Below, in pieces: positions 25,424 through 35,496 of a stretch of 40,996 bases of DNA (its first letter is position 1; each line of letters begins with the position of its first letter). The DNA is taken from positions 1 through 40,996 of the IMG/VR virus record IMGVR_UViG_3300002092_000087; one strand, 5' to 3'. The notes below the pieces were generated by a model, which saw nothing but the letters and a program-made list of their open reading frames with translations, was not told where the DNA came from and did not search any database. A program made the translations under genes and the position numbers. This DNA is from a virus. Its lineage: Duplodnaviria > Caudoviricetes.

Positions 25424-26349
25424 AAAAATGCTCTTTTCCCGTGTATTGAATGACGTGCGTTTTCAAGGCCAAACATTATCTCAGCTTTACTCATTCCGCC
25501 AATATCTTTCATATCTGTATTGTCGTAATTAAAAAACCAACAGTCAAACCCCATAGCTTTGGAGTAATCAAGTAACGCCATTGATGAGTTAAGTCCAGCT
25601 TGGTCGTTATCCATGGCAAATGTAATATGGCTAGCGCCTCTAATAAGATTAATTTGGTCCTTAGACACCGCAGAGCCACAGACGGCAACTCCACCCAGTA
25701 CACCTACTGAAGCAAGGCGAGCCACGTCTAGCGGCGATTCAACAACAACCATGTTGGGTCCTTCGTATCGGTGATAACCAAACAATGTAGATGACTTGCT
25801 AATCTTTGGTGGGTAGTTATTAAACCGACGTTCTTTAAACCATTTTTCTTGCCAACCAATAAGTCTATTAGTGTACGGGTCGCGCATAGGAAGAATCCAG
25901 CTTGAATTTGAAACGTTCCATAAAATTTCGTAATAATCCGCAGCAATAGGTGTAAGCCCTCTGCTCTTTAAAGCTTCTGCAGGGGGCGCAACAAAAGCGC
26001 TAAGCATTGATTCTGTCATCGGCTGTGCTTGTTCTTGAATAGGGACGGGCGCAGTTAACTTCTCAAAAGCTTTGGTGAGATTGCGTTCCCCACTATTAAC
26101 CCATTGTTTAGCTAACTCTGAATCGACTCCCTGCACATACTCAACAAGTGAGTTAACGCTGCCTTTAAAATGACATGAAAAACAATTATGAACGCCAGTA
26201 TCTGCATTAATGTACCAAGATGGATTGGCATCTTCTCTACCCTTGCGTTCTAAGTGAGCTGGGCATCTAGCTTTTATTTCATCCCCATGTACTGAGATAA
26301 CTTCTATGCCAAGCCTATCTAGTAGGTCTTCCATATCCTCTACTGTCAT
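25420..26349 (-). CDS. dnaG: DNA primase (CHC2 Zn finger + TOPRIM)
   Basis: CPAH..NPS..CFSC; VVESPLD; MDNDQAG; KDIG. Confidence 0.88.
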   Translation of the reverse strand: MTVEDMEDLLDRLGIEVISVHGDEIKARCPAHLERKGREDANPSWYINADTGVHNCFSCHFKGSVNSLVEYVQGVDSELAKQWVNSGERNLTKAFEKLTAPVPIQEQAQPMTESMLSAFVAPPAEALKSRGLTPIAADYYEILWNVSNSSWILPMRDPYTNRLIGWQEKWFKERRFNNYPPKISKSSTLFGYHRYEGPNMVVVESPLDVARLASVGVLGGVAVCGSAVSKDQINLIRGASHITFAMDNDQAGLNSSMALLDYSKAMGFDCWFFNYDNTDMKDIGGMSKAEIMFGLENARHSIHGKRAFL

Positions 26350-27572
26350 AGGTCGTTTGCATCCATCTCTCTAAAGTCGCCTGTGTTCCAATCCCAAAGC
26401 ATTGACACTTCTGCTGGACCTGAATTACGGGAAGCAATAACTTTAAGGATACGGGTGTCATCTACATTCTCATCTTCGCGTTGGAGGCCAAAAATAACAT
26501 CCGCATCTTGATGGAAAGACGATGAGTAACCAATTGCATCGGTGGTGACTTGACCGTTACGCATTTTGTTTTCTAATACCTGTGTAGAGATAACGATTGG
26601 TTTATTAACTCGCTGAGCTAATCTCTTAAGAGAACGAGTGATGTTAGTCAGCGCTTGTGGACTTCCTGGCTTCTCTCCGTTCTCGTCCATCATCAAATAC
26701 ATACCGTCAATAAAAACAATGTCGGGTTGGTGAATCTGAATTTTGCTAGCGACGGCAGATACCGTTGCCCCTTCTGATGCTCCGATAAGCCAAAACTTCT
26801 CCCTCATCTGAGCAATACCATTAAGCTTTGCTTTAACGCGAGACTCTTCTTCATCGGTAAGTGCACCACTTTGGTAACGAGTGTGGGATACACGCGCTCT
26901 CATAGCAACGTAACGAGAAAGCTGTTCTTGGTTCGTCATCTCAAAAGATTGAAACATTGGGGTGTTTCCTTTTAAGTGAACGTTCTGTGCAATTTGTAAA
27001 GCTAACGTTGACTTACCAGTTTTTGGTGGAGCAACAATGATTACCAACTGACCATTTTGTAAACCGTTAGTTGCAGCATCAATTGTTGGAAAACCAGTAG
27101 TAACTCCTAAAAGTCCTGGGTTGTTCTTGCGAAATAAATACTCATCCCATAACTTCAATGGGTCTTCTGTAATATCAACATCTGTAGACTTACTTAAACC
27201 GTCTTCTTCTAACTGAATGATTCCTCGTTGAAGGGCAATCAAAGCAGCTTCATGGCTTTGATGTTTTTCAATCTGTTCAATAGCGTCGCCAATCATGGCA
27301 ACAGTTGCGGACTTACGACGTGTAGAAACTAACCCATCGAGTAAATAATCAACCGAATCGCTTACATCTACTACTCGATAGGAAGGGAAGTTCTCGTTAA
27401 TAACGTCAATGCTGGGACACTCACCATATTTGGTAAAGTGTGATTTAAGAAGCGACCAAACCTTACGGTCTTCATTATCAACAAACCAAGAATCATTAAC
27501 ACCACGTTCAAACAATCTTGTTAAATCGCGGTCTTGAATAACCTTGCTAAGTAATAGCGTTTCTTTATTCAT
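26346..27572 (-). CDS. dnaB: DnaB-like replicative helicase
   Basis: TTGFPTID, APPKTGKS, SFEM, FIDG, QDAD, SRNS. Confidence 0.92.
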   Translation of the reverse strand: MNKETLLLSKVIQDRDLTRLFERGVNDSWFVDNEDRKVWSLLKSHFTKYGECPSIDVINENFPSYRVVDVSDSVDYLLDGLVSTRRKSATVAMIGDAIEQIEKHQSHEAALIALQRGIIQLEEDGLSKSTDVDITEDPLKLWDEYLFRKNNPGLLGVTTGFPTIDAATNGLQNGQLVIIVAPPKTGKSTLALQIAQNVHLKGNTPMFQSFEMTNQEQLSRYVAMRARVSHTRYQSGALTDEEESRVKAKLNGIAQMREKFWLIGASEGATVSAVASKIQIHQPDIVFIDGMYLMMDENGEKPGSPQALTNITRSLKRLAQRVNKPIVISTQVLENKMRNGQVTTDAIGYSSSFHQDADVIFGLQREDENVDDTRILKVIASRNSGPAEVSMLWDWNTGDFREMDANDL

Positions 27573-27976
27573 ATTTGAGTGAAGTCCAATCCCCAGTGAC
27601 CGTACCGTAGCAGGCGTGTTGGTAAATCCAAAACACCAACAACTTCTGGTCTATAGGGGAGTTCTTGGACCAAATGCTCAATAGACTCGTAATGAGTAAA
27701 ATACCTAAATGGGTTAGTTCCCATGTGGTCAAGGTGGTCGGTTAACTGTTCTAACGCGGCATCATCCATCGTAAACGAAGCTAATTCTAGAGTGTAGCCA
27801 ACGTTTTGAGAAAACATATAAAGTCGGCTAAGTAAAGACCTATTAATTTTCATGTCTTTTGTTGCAACTGGAAAAAATTTTAAAACTTTCTTTACGGTCA
27901 CTTCAAGGTCAAGAAAAGTATCTGCGGTAACAATAACCCGCTTTGGTAGTTCATTACTGATATCCCCTTTCCTCAT
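27569..27976 (-). CDS. Hypothetical protein, possibly a degenerate HAD-like fold
   Basis: 135-aa ORF coupled to dnaB; alpha/beta pattern only. Confidence 0.6.
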   Translation of the reverse strand: MRKGDISNELPKRVIVTADTFLDLEVTVKKVLKFFPVATKDMKINRSLLSRLYMFSQNVGYTLELASFTMDDAALEQLTDHLDHMGTNPFRYFTHYESIEHLVQELPYRPEVVGVLDLPTRLLRYGHWGLDFTQI

Positions 27977-27979
27977 TTT

Positions 27980-28291
27980 TTAAACTACCTCAACTTTTCC
28001 AAATCGTATAATAAAATCTCTGTTGTCTCTTTCGGAACGACGGGCTCTTTCTGCATCCTCTACTGTGGGCTTTTCTGTAAGCTCCATTTTATACAAGCCG
28101 CTATTGGTGTCTAAGCGATTCTGTACAAACTTAGAGTGCTTGCAAGAATTTCTTCCTTTAAAACTTGAACAGTTACAAATCGCTTTCCCTGAATAATTAA
28201 CCCCAACTTCGTAAACACTCGGTCCAGGAATTTGGTTGTCAGTAAGGAAAAGTTGAACCAACCTTACTTCATCATCCACAAAAGCCTCCAT
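27980..28291 (-). CDS. SWIM-type Zn-finger protein
   Basis: ICNC...CKH. Confidence 0.75.
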   Translation of the reverse strand: MEAFVDDEVRLVQLFLTDNQIPGPSVYEVGVNYSGKAICNCSSFKGRNSCKHSKFVQNRLDTNSGLYKMELTEKPTVEDAERARRSERDNRDFIIRFGKVEVV

Positions 28292-28974
28292 TATCGTAAA
28301 TCCTTTTCTCCGTTAACGGGGATGTAGACAAACGCTTCTTTAATAAAACTACCTGTCGCATCACCGTAAACGTCAGCCCAATTATCGCGCTGAATATTAC
28401 TTGTGACAATCGTAGGCAATCCATTGTTAAATCGTGTTCTTAAGACGTGGTGAAGCATATTTTTTTGCCACCCTGAAAGGCTCGAATGTTCTTTACCTAC
28501 ATCATCAATGACTAATACGCGGATGTTGTAAGCATCATCATGGCACTCACCTAGCATTCCCGCATAAAGAGTTTCTTCCGCCTCTGTTGGTTCTTCCATT
28601 AATTTTCCCTTTAAATCAAGGACGCCATTAAAGGTCGTAAAATAACAAGGGCGAACAAGAACTTTATTCTCGGAAGGGACAAATGCCTCAATGGGAAACG
28701 TAGTCATCATCTCTTGAATAATGGCTAGGGCAAGGGTTGTCTTTCCTCTTCCTGGCTCCCCGTACAAAAGGACTCCACGACCGCATTTAGACCCTCCAGC
28801 CTTTAAAATGTATTCACCCTTGAGTGCAAGGCTTAACCAGCCTCTAATCGGCGCCAAAGCCGAATCAGGGGCATCTGAGCAGTCGTTCAAGACCCAGCCA
28901 AGACGGGCCTTGGGTATAGAGGCGGTCTGCACCCATGTACGGCGCCTTACCTTTAAAGTTGCTAAGTCAAACAC
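28291..28974 (-). CDS. DnaC/IstB-like AAA+ ATPase (helicase loader)
   Basis: GVLLYGEPGRGKT, LVIDDVGKE, R...LPTIVTSN; GTG start with SD GGGGAGG. Confidence 0.85.
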   Translation of the reverse strand: MFDLATLKVRRRTWVQTASIPKARLGWVLNDCSDAPDSALAPIRGWLSLALKGEYILKAGGSKCGRGVLLYGEPGRGKTTLALAIIQEMMTTFPIEAFVPSENKVLVRPCYFTTFNGVLDLKGKLMEEPTEAEETLYAGMLGECHDDAYNIRVLVIDDVGKEHSSLSGWQKNMLHHVLRTRFNNGLPTIVTSNIQRDNWADVYGDATGSFIKEAFVYIPVNGEKDLR

Positions 28975-29833
28975 TGAAGTCCTCCCCAAACTCTTTCTTC
29001 CACTGCTCTTCTGCCTGAACCATAGCGGTAGCCATATCCTCTGGCGAACTGAGTCGGGATTTAGCTTGGGATGAAAGTTCTGAAAAGCGCGAAATAAATA
29101 ACTTCCAAAGCTTATTGCCGTCGGTCTCTTTGTCAACCTTAAGGCTGGTAAAAAAAATCTTCATCATCTCTTGCTCAATAAGACCGTTAGTGTCAAAAGA
29201 ATTTCGGGCATTAGCAAGGGCTATGAAAAAACGGCTACCTGAAACTTTCCAAGGAGCAATGCCCCAAACCTCGTTAATCTGATTCTGGAACTCTAAAACA
29301 GATTGATTAACATTCCATTCGGCAGGGGTACGCGATTCTCTGACTAAGTTCTTCTCAGCGTGATTTTTAGCCTTGCGCTCTTGGTACGCCTTGCGACGTT
29401 CTTCCGCAGCTTTAAGGCGCTCGGTTTCTTGCTCGGAAGCGGAACTTGACGTGCCCTCAAAAAATTCGTAACCCATTTCTCCATCCAATCGCTCGTCGAT
29501 TGTTGTTTTATTTATATTACTAGCTGAATAAGCTAATACTTGTATTGTGCTATTCTGCACAGTGTGTTGTATCTGAAGGACGTTTTGTGACCCCCAGGAA
29601 TTAGCCTCCAGAAAACCTTTTTCTGTCACATAACTAACTGTTACCACGCGGTTTCCCACCCGTTCTTTACGGGTCAGGATTAGCCCAGCGTCTCGCAACT
29701 CTCGGAGTGCGGTTTGTATTGCTTTTCTGTTTTCAGCAACTACCTCAGCCAAACGGTCAGCACTGATGGACATATCGCTGTTAACAAAGTAATGAAGAGC
29801 AGCTCTCGCTCTTAAAGAGAGCTTTGCCGACAC
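28967..29833 (-). CDS. Putative replication initiator with N-terminal winged HTH
   Basis: LSLRARA...ISADRLA...RKAIQTALRELRDAGLI; directly upstream of the DnaC-like gene. Confidence 0.65.
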   Translation of the reverse strand: MSAKLSLRARAALHYFVNSDMSISADRLAEVVAENRKAIQTALRELRDAGLILTRKERVGNRVVTVSYVTEKGFLEANSWGSQNVLQIQHTVQNSTIQVLAYSASNINKTTIDERLDGEMGYEFFEGTSSSASEQETERLKAAEERRKAYQERKAKNHAEKNLVRESRTPAEWNVNQSVLEFQNQINEVWGIAPWKVSGSRFFIALANARNSFDTNGLIEQEMMKIFFTSLKVDKETDGNKLWKLFISRFSELSSQAKSRLSSPEDMATAMVQAEEQWKKEFGEDFSV

Positions 29834-30393
29834 GTAATCATCTCTTGCACAATTTCTTGCGCCCTCTTAAGAACCGCATCTAACTCGTTTGTTAAATCCT
29901 CCATGGTGGTTTTTGAAACTTTAATAGCTTCCTTTACTACATCTATGTGGTTTTGTATAGGAGAGGCCTTAATAACATCGTTTAATGGCACTAAACCATC
30001 ACATAAGTTAAACGCTTGAACCTCTTGAGCTAAACAATATTTAAGCGCAGAAAAACACTGGTCATCTTGTTCATCCCATAGAAGGAATGCGGTTGAGTCT
30101 TTGCCTTCAACAAAAGATACTGCGTCTTTAATTGGTTCTTGGCTTGTAGATTGCGAGGCGCCAGGAATTCCTGCTGTCTGCGCGTCTTCATGACAAAAAA
30201 CTATGATGTCTTTATTGCATACCTTTGCGTATTGTGCGGCAAGTGTTTGGCTTTTAGTAGGGGCTTTTTCATACGCCAAAACTAAAGCGCCACCATCACC
30301 TTTTGCATAATAATGGTCTTCCATAAGAGCCTCAATATTTGCTCTGCTGCTCTCGCCATTACCTGTAACTAATACGAAGTATTCGTTAGCCAT
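29812..30393 (-). CDS. Hypothetical Rossmannoid (possibly SLOG-like) protein
   Basis: N-terminal VLVTG strand; SD GGAGG. Confidence 0.55.
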   Translation of the reverse strand: MANEYFVLVTGNGESSRANIEALMEDHYYAKGDGGALVLAYEKAPTKSQTLAAQYAKVCNKDIIVFCHEDAQTAGIPGASQSTSQEPIKDAVSFVEGKDSTAFLLWDEQDDQCFSALKYCLAQEVQAFNLCDGLVPLNDVIKASPIQNHIDVVKEAIKVSKTTMEDLTNELDAVLKRAQEIVQEMITCRQSSL

Positions 30394-30419
30394 AGGACCT
30401 CCTCTGTAGACGGAGGGCC

Positions 30420-30449
30420 AGCATACACAGACCTAGCGTTCCCTGCCAA
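30420..30449 (-). promoter_or_regulatory. Sigma70-type promoter for the replication operon
   Basis: TTGGCA-18 nt-TATGCT with TGTG extension. Confidence 0.55.
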
Positions 30450-30717
30450 CTGCGTGAATTACCGCGGGTTGATAGGAATTAAGCCGTTCTATAACCACGA
30501 CTAAGGACGACCCAAAGAAAGCTCCCGCAACAGAGTAAACAATAAATAACTTGACTGTTGTTACCGACATCAGTCCTGTAGCCCCTGCTGATATACATAG
30601 GGTTACAAAAGCGCGAATTAAACGAATATCAATGAAAGAATCAAAGATAGAGATAAGTTGATTAGCAACAGCAAACATAAAGGCTGTAAAGCCTGAAATA
30701 AGGAGAAGAGTTAGCAT
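30433..30717 (-). CDS. Small membrane protein (3 hydrophobic segments; holin candidate)
   Basis: Hydrophobicity pattern; end of tail module; TAGGAT 6 nt before ATG. Confidence 0.6.
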   Translation of the reverse strand: MLTLLLISGFTAFMFAVANQLISIFDSFIDIRLIRAFVTLCISAGATGLMSVTTVKLFIVYSVAGAFFGSSLVVVIERLNSYQPAVIHAVGRER

Positions 30718-30732
30718 TCCCTTATCCTACTA

Positions 30733-32739
30733 CTAGGAAGGCTGTGCGAACAAAAGTTCGAATGTGCTACCTAAGTTAATCCATTCAGGAAGAGTTGCTA
30801 TAAGCCGACTTTGTACAGCAAAACGGTTTAAGTAGTAGTGGCTACGTCCAGCATTAGGGGTGTTACCTTCCCAGAAAAGGTCGGTAAGTTGTGCCACACC
30901 ATTGCTACCATCAAAGAATGAACCTACAAAAGCGGATTTTTCAAAAAGACCTGCGTCTACATACATTTCTGCATTAGCTGCGGCAGCTGTCCATTTAATG
31001 CCTACACGAGCTTTTGCTGCATTAATGGGAGAAGTAAATGTTACAGATGGTCGAGCCCAAGAGCCTGTTGAGGTAACTGCATTACCAGTAGCAGTAGATA
31101 TTAGATTATTAGAAGAGTCATACCAAGATATAAAAGGAGTTACAGGATGGGTCATAGCAGCGTCATAAAAATAAATACTAAATGTATAGTCTGTTCCAGA
31201 CTTAATAGCCATTGCACTGGAGGTTAGCGTAACTAATCCAGCAGCAGCAGAATAAAGCTCTACAGAACCACCACTAATAGTAACTGAAGGTGCGTCTTCG
31301 TCAGCCTCAAGTTCCGTTGAAGAAAGAACCATTGTTCCGTTGTTTACGGCCCAGTTGTCTGTATTTGTTTCAAAGTTAGGGTTAAGAAGCTCATTAATAC
31401 GCGTAGCTATAAGAGTAATTTCAACTTGTCTTGCCTCAACAAAATTAGTAGCTGAAGATGCAGCTTCAAACTGAAGAGCATCAAAATAGTGTTTCTCAGT
31501 GCTAACTGTGCTTGGAATTAAAATATGAGGGACGCAGAAATACGAACCTGCAGGCGCAGCTTGGGATACGCTGAAACGATGCCAAGATGCTGCCGTATCT
31601 GTTACACCAGTTCCAGCAGATGAAGAGGAAATAAGTTCACCTGACATGCTGTACCAATAAAGCTGGCCTCTAACGCTGCGAGCAGTTGTTCCTGCTTGAG
31701 CATATCCACTAAAAGTATATGTAGTTTCAGCAGTTACAGGAATTCCGTAATAAATTGGGTTAGTTCCAGACAAAGATAACTCTGCAGTTCCGCTGGCTGT
31801 ACCTGTAACTTGAAGTGTCGCAGATTGTAGGTTAGGGAAAGTTGCCTGTGCAGTTACCTCGTTATATGGAGTAATGGTTGGGCTATCTGTTGCTGTATGT
31901 CGTGCAAGTGTGCAATTAGCTACTGATGCCCACGAACCAATCGACTGCTCAAATGAAGAGTCATTTTGGTCAAGCATAAGGTTACGGCTTTTAGTTACCG
32001 TGTTGTCGTAGCCAGCGTATGCTTTCACGTACTCTTCTAGGCCAAGCTTGCTTCCTTTATTCTTATACAAACGAACAGCGTTATTAAGGATAATTCGTGA
32101 TTGTTTTAAGCCAAGTTCAGGTTCGTACTGAAGGCCAAACTGTTTCATAAATACTGGGATTAAAAGACCATTAAGATTTGTAATATCGTAACGGTTAATA
32201 ACGTTTTCAGTTTGAGTCTTATACAAGTCTAAGTTGAGAGCAAATAATTTTAAAAAACGTTTTAGTACATCATTACTCTCATCCAAAGCGGCATCATAAG
32301 GAACTTGAGATGTAAGTATTGATGGAAGGGAACCATACATTGTCTTTGTTGTGTTGTAATCTTTTACAGAAACTCCCACAGCATTTCCAGCATTTTGCCA
32401 TCTAGAGTATGTAGTTTCACGAACAAAGATTGAATAGTAATACGCATGGCCTTGTTTTAGACCTACGTTATTCGGAATAGCTCCATTATCCTTAAAAGAA
32501 ATTCTCGAAGAGGCCGATGCATCTTCAAAAAGCACATCACCATCATCTGCTGTTACTGGAAAACCATAAGAGTTACGAACTAGACGGAGGTAATCCCAAG
32601 AACCTGTTGGAGTAACCCAACGTAGTTCAATTGATGCGTAGTCGTAAGGTTTAGCTAAAAACGGAGACGCGTCAAATTGTACTAGGCTATTAGAACCGTA
32701 GTACGACGCACCGTAGTAATCAACACCATAACGACTCAT
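30733..32739 (-). CDS. Baseplate/tail protein (P2 gpI-like domain plus two CBM4/9-like carbohydrate-binding domains)
   Basis: LKRFLKLF..., AVRLYKNKGS; repeated NL...SFE...W / NELLNPNFE...W jelly-roll starts ending YFDALQFE / YVDAGLFE. Confidence 0.75.
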   Translation of the reverse strand: MSRYGVDYYGASYYGSNSLVQFDASPFLAKPYDYASIELRWVTPTGSWDYLRLVRNSYGFPVTADDGDVLFEDASASSRISFKDNGAIPNNVGLKQGHAYYYSIFVRETTYSRWQNAGNAVGVSVKDYNTTKTMYGSLPSILTSQVPYDAALDESNDVLKRFLKLFALNLDLYKTQTENVINRYDITNLNGLLIPVFMKQFGLQYEPELGLKQSRIILNNAVRLYKNKGSKLGLEEYVKAYAGYDNTVTKSRNLMLDQNDSSFEQSIGSWASVANCTLARHTATDSPTITPYNEVTAQATFPNLQSATLQVTGTASGTAELSLSGTNPIYYGIPVTAETTYTFSGYAQAGTTARSVRGQLYWYSMSGELISSSSAGTGVTDTAASWHRFSVSQAAPAGSYFCVPHILIPSTVSTEKHYFDALQFEAASSATNFVEARQVEITLIATRINELLNPNFETNTDNWAVNNGTMVLSSTELEADEDAPSVTISGGSVELYSAAAGLVTLTSSAMAIKSGTDYTFSIYFYDAAMTHPVTPFISWYDSSNNLISTATGNAVTSTGSWARPSVTFTSPINAAKARVGIKWTAAAANAEMYVDAGLFEKSAFVGSFFDGSNGVAQLTDLFWEGNTPNAGRSHYYLNRFAVQSRLIATLPEWINLGSTFELLFAQPS

Positions 32740-32747
32740 TTAGGTGA

Positions 32748-33386
32748 TTACATCCCACCAAGCAAAAGACCAGTGACAACCGCATCACCAGTACCACCAC
32801 CAGAAGCCGCTGCCCATTTAATCCCATTAGTTGCAGTTGCATCTGCTGTTAAAACATAGTTATCTGTTCCCACACCAAGACGGCTTACTGCACCAGAACC
32901 AGAAGCAACAATTAAATCGCCCTTAGTAGTAACCGTAGAAAGGGTCACATAGCTTCCACCAGTTACGTTAGTTGCACTGAAGTTACCTGAGGGGTCAACG
33001 TAAGCAACTACTGTTCCAGTAGAATCTTGCCATTCTTGAAGATTTGCGCTTTGGCTAGTTGTGCCTTTAACCACAAGACCTTTAGTAGAAGAAGTACCAG
33101 CAGTGATGATGCTTCCGCCAGCAACTTTTACATACTGAGTGTGAGTATCTGCAACGATGCCTTTTTCAATGTTTGCAAGGCGACCATTGAGCGTGGTGTA
33201 GTCAGTAGCCGTGTTAGCCCAACCAGAAGCTGTTGCGGCGGTTGCTAGAGACGGACTTGTGCCAATGACTGACTCAATTGCAGTGACTTCATCGAACAAT
33301 GAGTTCGGGTCAGCTGCCTGAATGATGTCTACAACGTTTACCTTAGGGGTAAACGACTTAACGGAAAGTGGATACGAGGCTGCCAT
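32748..33386 (-). CDS. Minor tail/fibre protein
   Basis: [24 protein letters not shown] motif typical of phage fibre proteins; position. Confidence 0.65.
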   Translation of the reverse strand: MAASYPLSVKSFTPKVNVVDIIQAADPNSLFDEVTAIESVIGTSPSLATAATASGWANTATDYTTLNGRLANIEKGIVADTHTQYVKVAGGSIITAGTSSTKGLVVKGTTSQSANLQEWQDSTGTVVAYVDPSGNFSATNVTGGSYVTLSTVTTKGDLIVASGSGAVSRLGVGTDNYVLTADATATNGIKWAAASGGGTGDAVVTGLLLGGM

Positions 33387-33394
33387 ATTTATCC

Positions 33395-35101
33395 TTAACT
33401 TAAGATTCCGCCGATTGGGTTAACTGTAATTACCCCAACCTTAGGAATTTCATTGGTTGCACACTGAACATTATTGATGCCTGAAGTAGACAGTGAAGAT
33501 GTCCACAAAGAAGCACCTGTAGTGGAACCAGTTCCCCCTGTCACTGCTGACAAGGTGATTGTTCCAGCGCCCGTATTAATAGACGAAATAGTTGTGCCAT
33601 CTGCGATAGTAACGGTTCCCGACTCTACTGCTATTTTTTGTCCTGCAACCACGTTGTGGAATGAAGACACGTTTGAAATAGTGGCGCTTCCAGAAGTAAT
33701 GTCTCCTGTAAATGCCGCGTCTTGTCGTGTTAATAACGTTACATCAGCGTATGAAACTCCAGCAATAGTGGCAATAGCTGACAGAACGTATTGAAGAACA
33801 AATTGTTCTGCAAAAATAGTGTTATCAAAATCTAAAAGGTTTACAATAATACCGTAAACAGCGTTAGAAACAGTAGTCTGCTTGTACTGAGACGCAATAT
33901 GAAGATTTAAAGTAATTCTAATTGGTACATACTTTGGAGGAAGAACAGTGACTGTAGTAGTCGCTGGTGTCTTGTCTGTTAGATACGAGATAACGTCCGT
34001 AGCAGTGTTATTAAAAATAGTGTTTGCGTTACCGTCTACGTCTACTCCTGGTGTTCCAAGGCTAGTATCGCCGTAAGGGGCCATATACAAAATGATGTTG
34101 TTGTATACAGCTCCATCAGCTACAGCTTTTCCAACTGAAGGTACTTGTACAGCTAAAGCCGCGTAATCAGAAAGAGAAACCGCTCTATTAAGAGCAGTCA
34201 AAGCAAAAGGAGTATTGAAACGAATGCTATCTGTGGATTCAGCATCTGCCCCACCAGAAGCAGCTTCTTGGTTGTTAACTGTTAGTCCAGCCACAACATT
34301 TGTAAGAAGATAAGTAAGAGTGTTAGGACCAACGTTTCCTGATGCTCCGCCTCCCACACGATAAGTTACGTACACAGCTCCAGCAGGTGGAATACGACCA
34401 CTGATGTTGTCGCCAAACGTAATGTAAGAAATTCCATCAGCATTTGTGGTTACTGTGTATGAAGGGTCGTTATAGCCAGAATCAATAAGGTAGCTAACTT
34501 CGTTGTAGTAAACGCCACTAGCTACAACTTGAGTAGTTCTTGAAATAAGAGGGTGTTGTGCAAGAGTAAAAGACTGGTAAGAAGCCCCGTTAGAGTCTCC
34601 AACGTACTCATCAGTTACGGTAACTCCTTGAGTTGCAGCTACAGTTGCTGCTCCTTTTACCGCTCCAACAGCTGCTGGAACAGCTAACTCAACGTCAGTT
34701 TCAAAAATAATCTGAGTAACAACGCCGTTTACTGTAGTTGTAGTGGCAACTTGTGTTTTTGCTGGAACAGTAATAATCGAAGCAGTTGAGTTTTGAAAAG
34801 TAAGGGTTGTTTTAGCAGGGGTGCCTGTACTTGGCGTATAGTTAAGCATGTTCGCAATAGACAAAACAGAACTACGCTGAGTAGCGGTATTGATAAACCC
34901 CTCATTAGCTGAACGGTCAATGTAGTAGTTGAGCATGTCTCCCATAGAGGCAAAAAGTTCAATAAGGGTAATTCCAAAGTCTGAAGGGTCAGTTGAGGTC
35001 CATTCAGGCAAAATATTTGGGATAAGCGCAATCATGTCATCGCGGATAGCGGCATAATCACGGGAGGTGTAATCTACTTGAGGTATGTAGTTAGATGCCA
35101 T
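33395..35101 (-). CDS. Baseplate J-like wedge protein
   Basis: [37 protein letters not shown]. Confidence 0.92.
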   Translation of the reverse strand: MASNYIPQVDYTSRDYAAIRDDMIALIPNILPEWTSTDPSDFGITLIELFASMGDMLNYYIDRSANEGFINTATQRSSVLSIANMLNYTPSTGTPAKTTLTFQNSTASIITVPAKTQVATTTTVNGVVTQIIFETDVELAVPAAVGAVKGAATVAATQGVTVTDEYVGDSNGASYQSFTLAQHPLISRTTQVVASGVYYNEVSYLIDSGYNDPSYTVTTNADGISYITFGDNISGRIPPAGAVYVTYRVGGGASGNVGPNTLTYLLTNVVAGLTVNNQEAASGGADAESTDSIRFNTPFALTALNRAVSLSDYAALAVQVPSVGKAVADGAVYNNIILYMAPYGDTSLGTPGVDVDGNANTIFNNTATDVISYLTDKTPATTTVTVLPPKYVPIRITLNLHIASQYKQTTVSNAVYGIIVNLLDFDNTIFAEQFVLQYVLSAIATIAGVSYADVTLLTRQDAAFTGDITSGSATISNVSSFHNVVAGQKIAVESGTVTIADGTTISSINTGAGTITLSAVTGGTGSTTGASLWTSSLSTSGINNVQCATNEIPKVGVITVNPIGGILS

Positions 35102-35496
35102 TAGAACTCCTGAATAACGTCGCCTGAACGGGTAAGGTATCCCGCTTTTACTGAAACTTGGTCGTATTCTCCGCTTGGGAGCTTGTAGTAAATTGTAACG
35201 CTTAAGGTGCCCAATTGTGAGTCCATAGCTGTTTTGATATCTACTAGTTTGAGGGTTTCTAAGTAAGAAGAGAAGGTTGTAGCCACACTTCGCTTAACAA
35301 CGGCATCTGCTGCCTCTGTAGTTTCAAACATAGCTGATTTAATTGACCCACCGTACTGAGGACGAAATACTCGTTCCCCAAGCTCAGTCATGACAGCCGC
35401 AATGACACGGCTCTGCCAAATTTTATTTTGGTCGCTAGACGACAGGATTGCTCCCGATGAGTCTAAAGAAAATGGAAGAACAATTGCGCGTTCCAT
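35101..35496 (-). CDS. gp25/gpW-like baseplate wedge protein
   Basis: LPFS, TELGERVFRPQYG; start at MERAIVLP (TAATG coupling). Confidence 0.88.
   Translation of the reverse strand: MERAIVLPFSLDSSGAILSSSDQNKIWQSRVIAAVMTELGERVFRPQYGGSIKSAMFETTEAADAVVKRSVATTFSSYLETLKLVDIKTAMDSQLGTLSVTIYYKLPSGEYDQVSVKAGYLTRSGDVIQEF

Noticed and set aside
28975-29136. N-terminal extension of the DnaC-like ORF
   Set aside because: Overlaps the initiator gene; GTG 28974 has a strong SD
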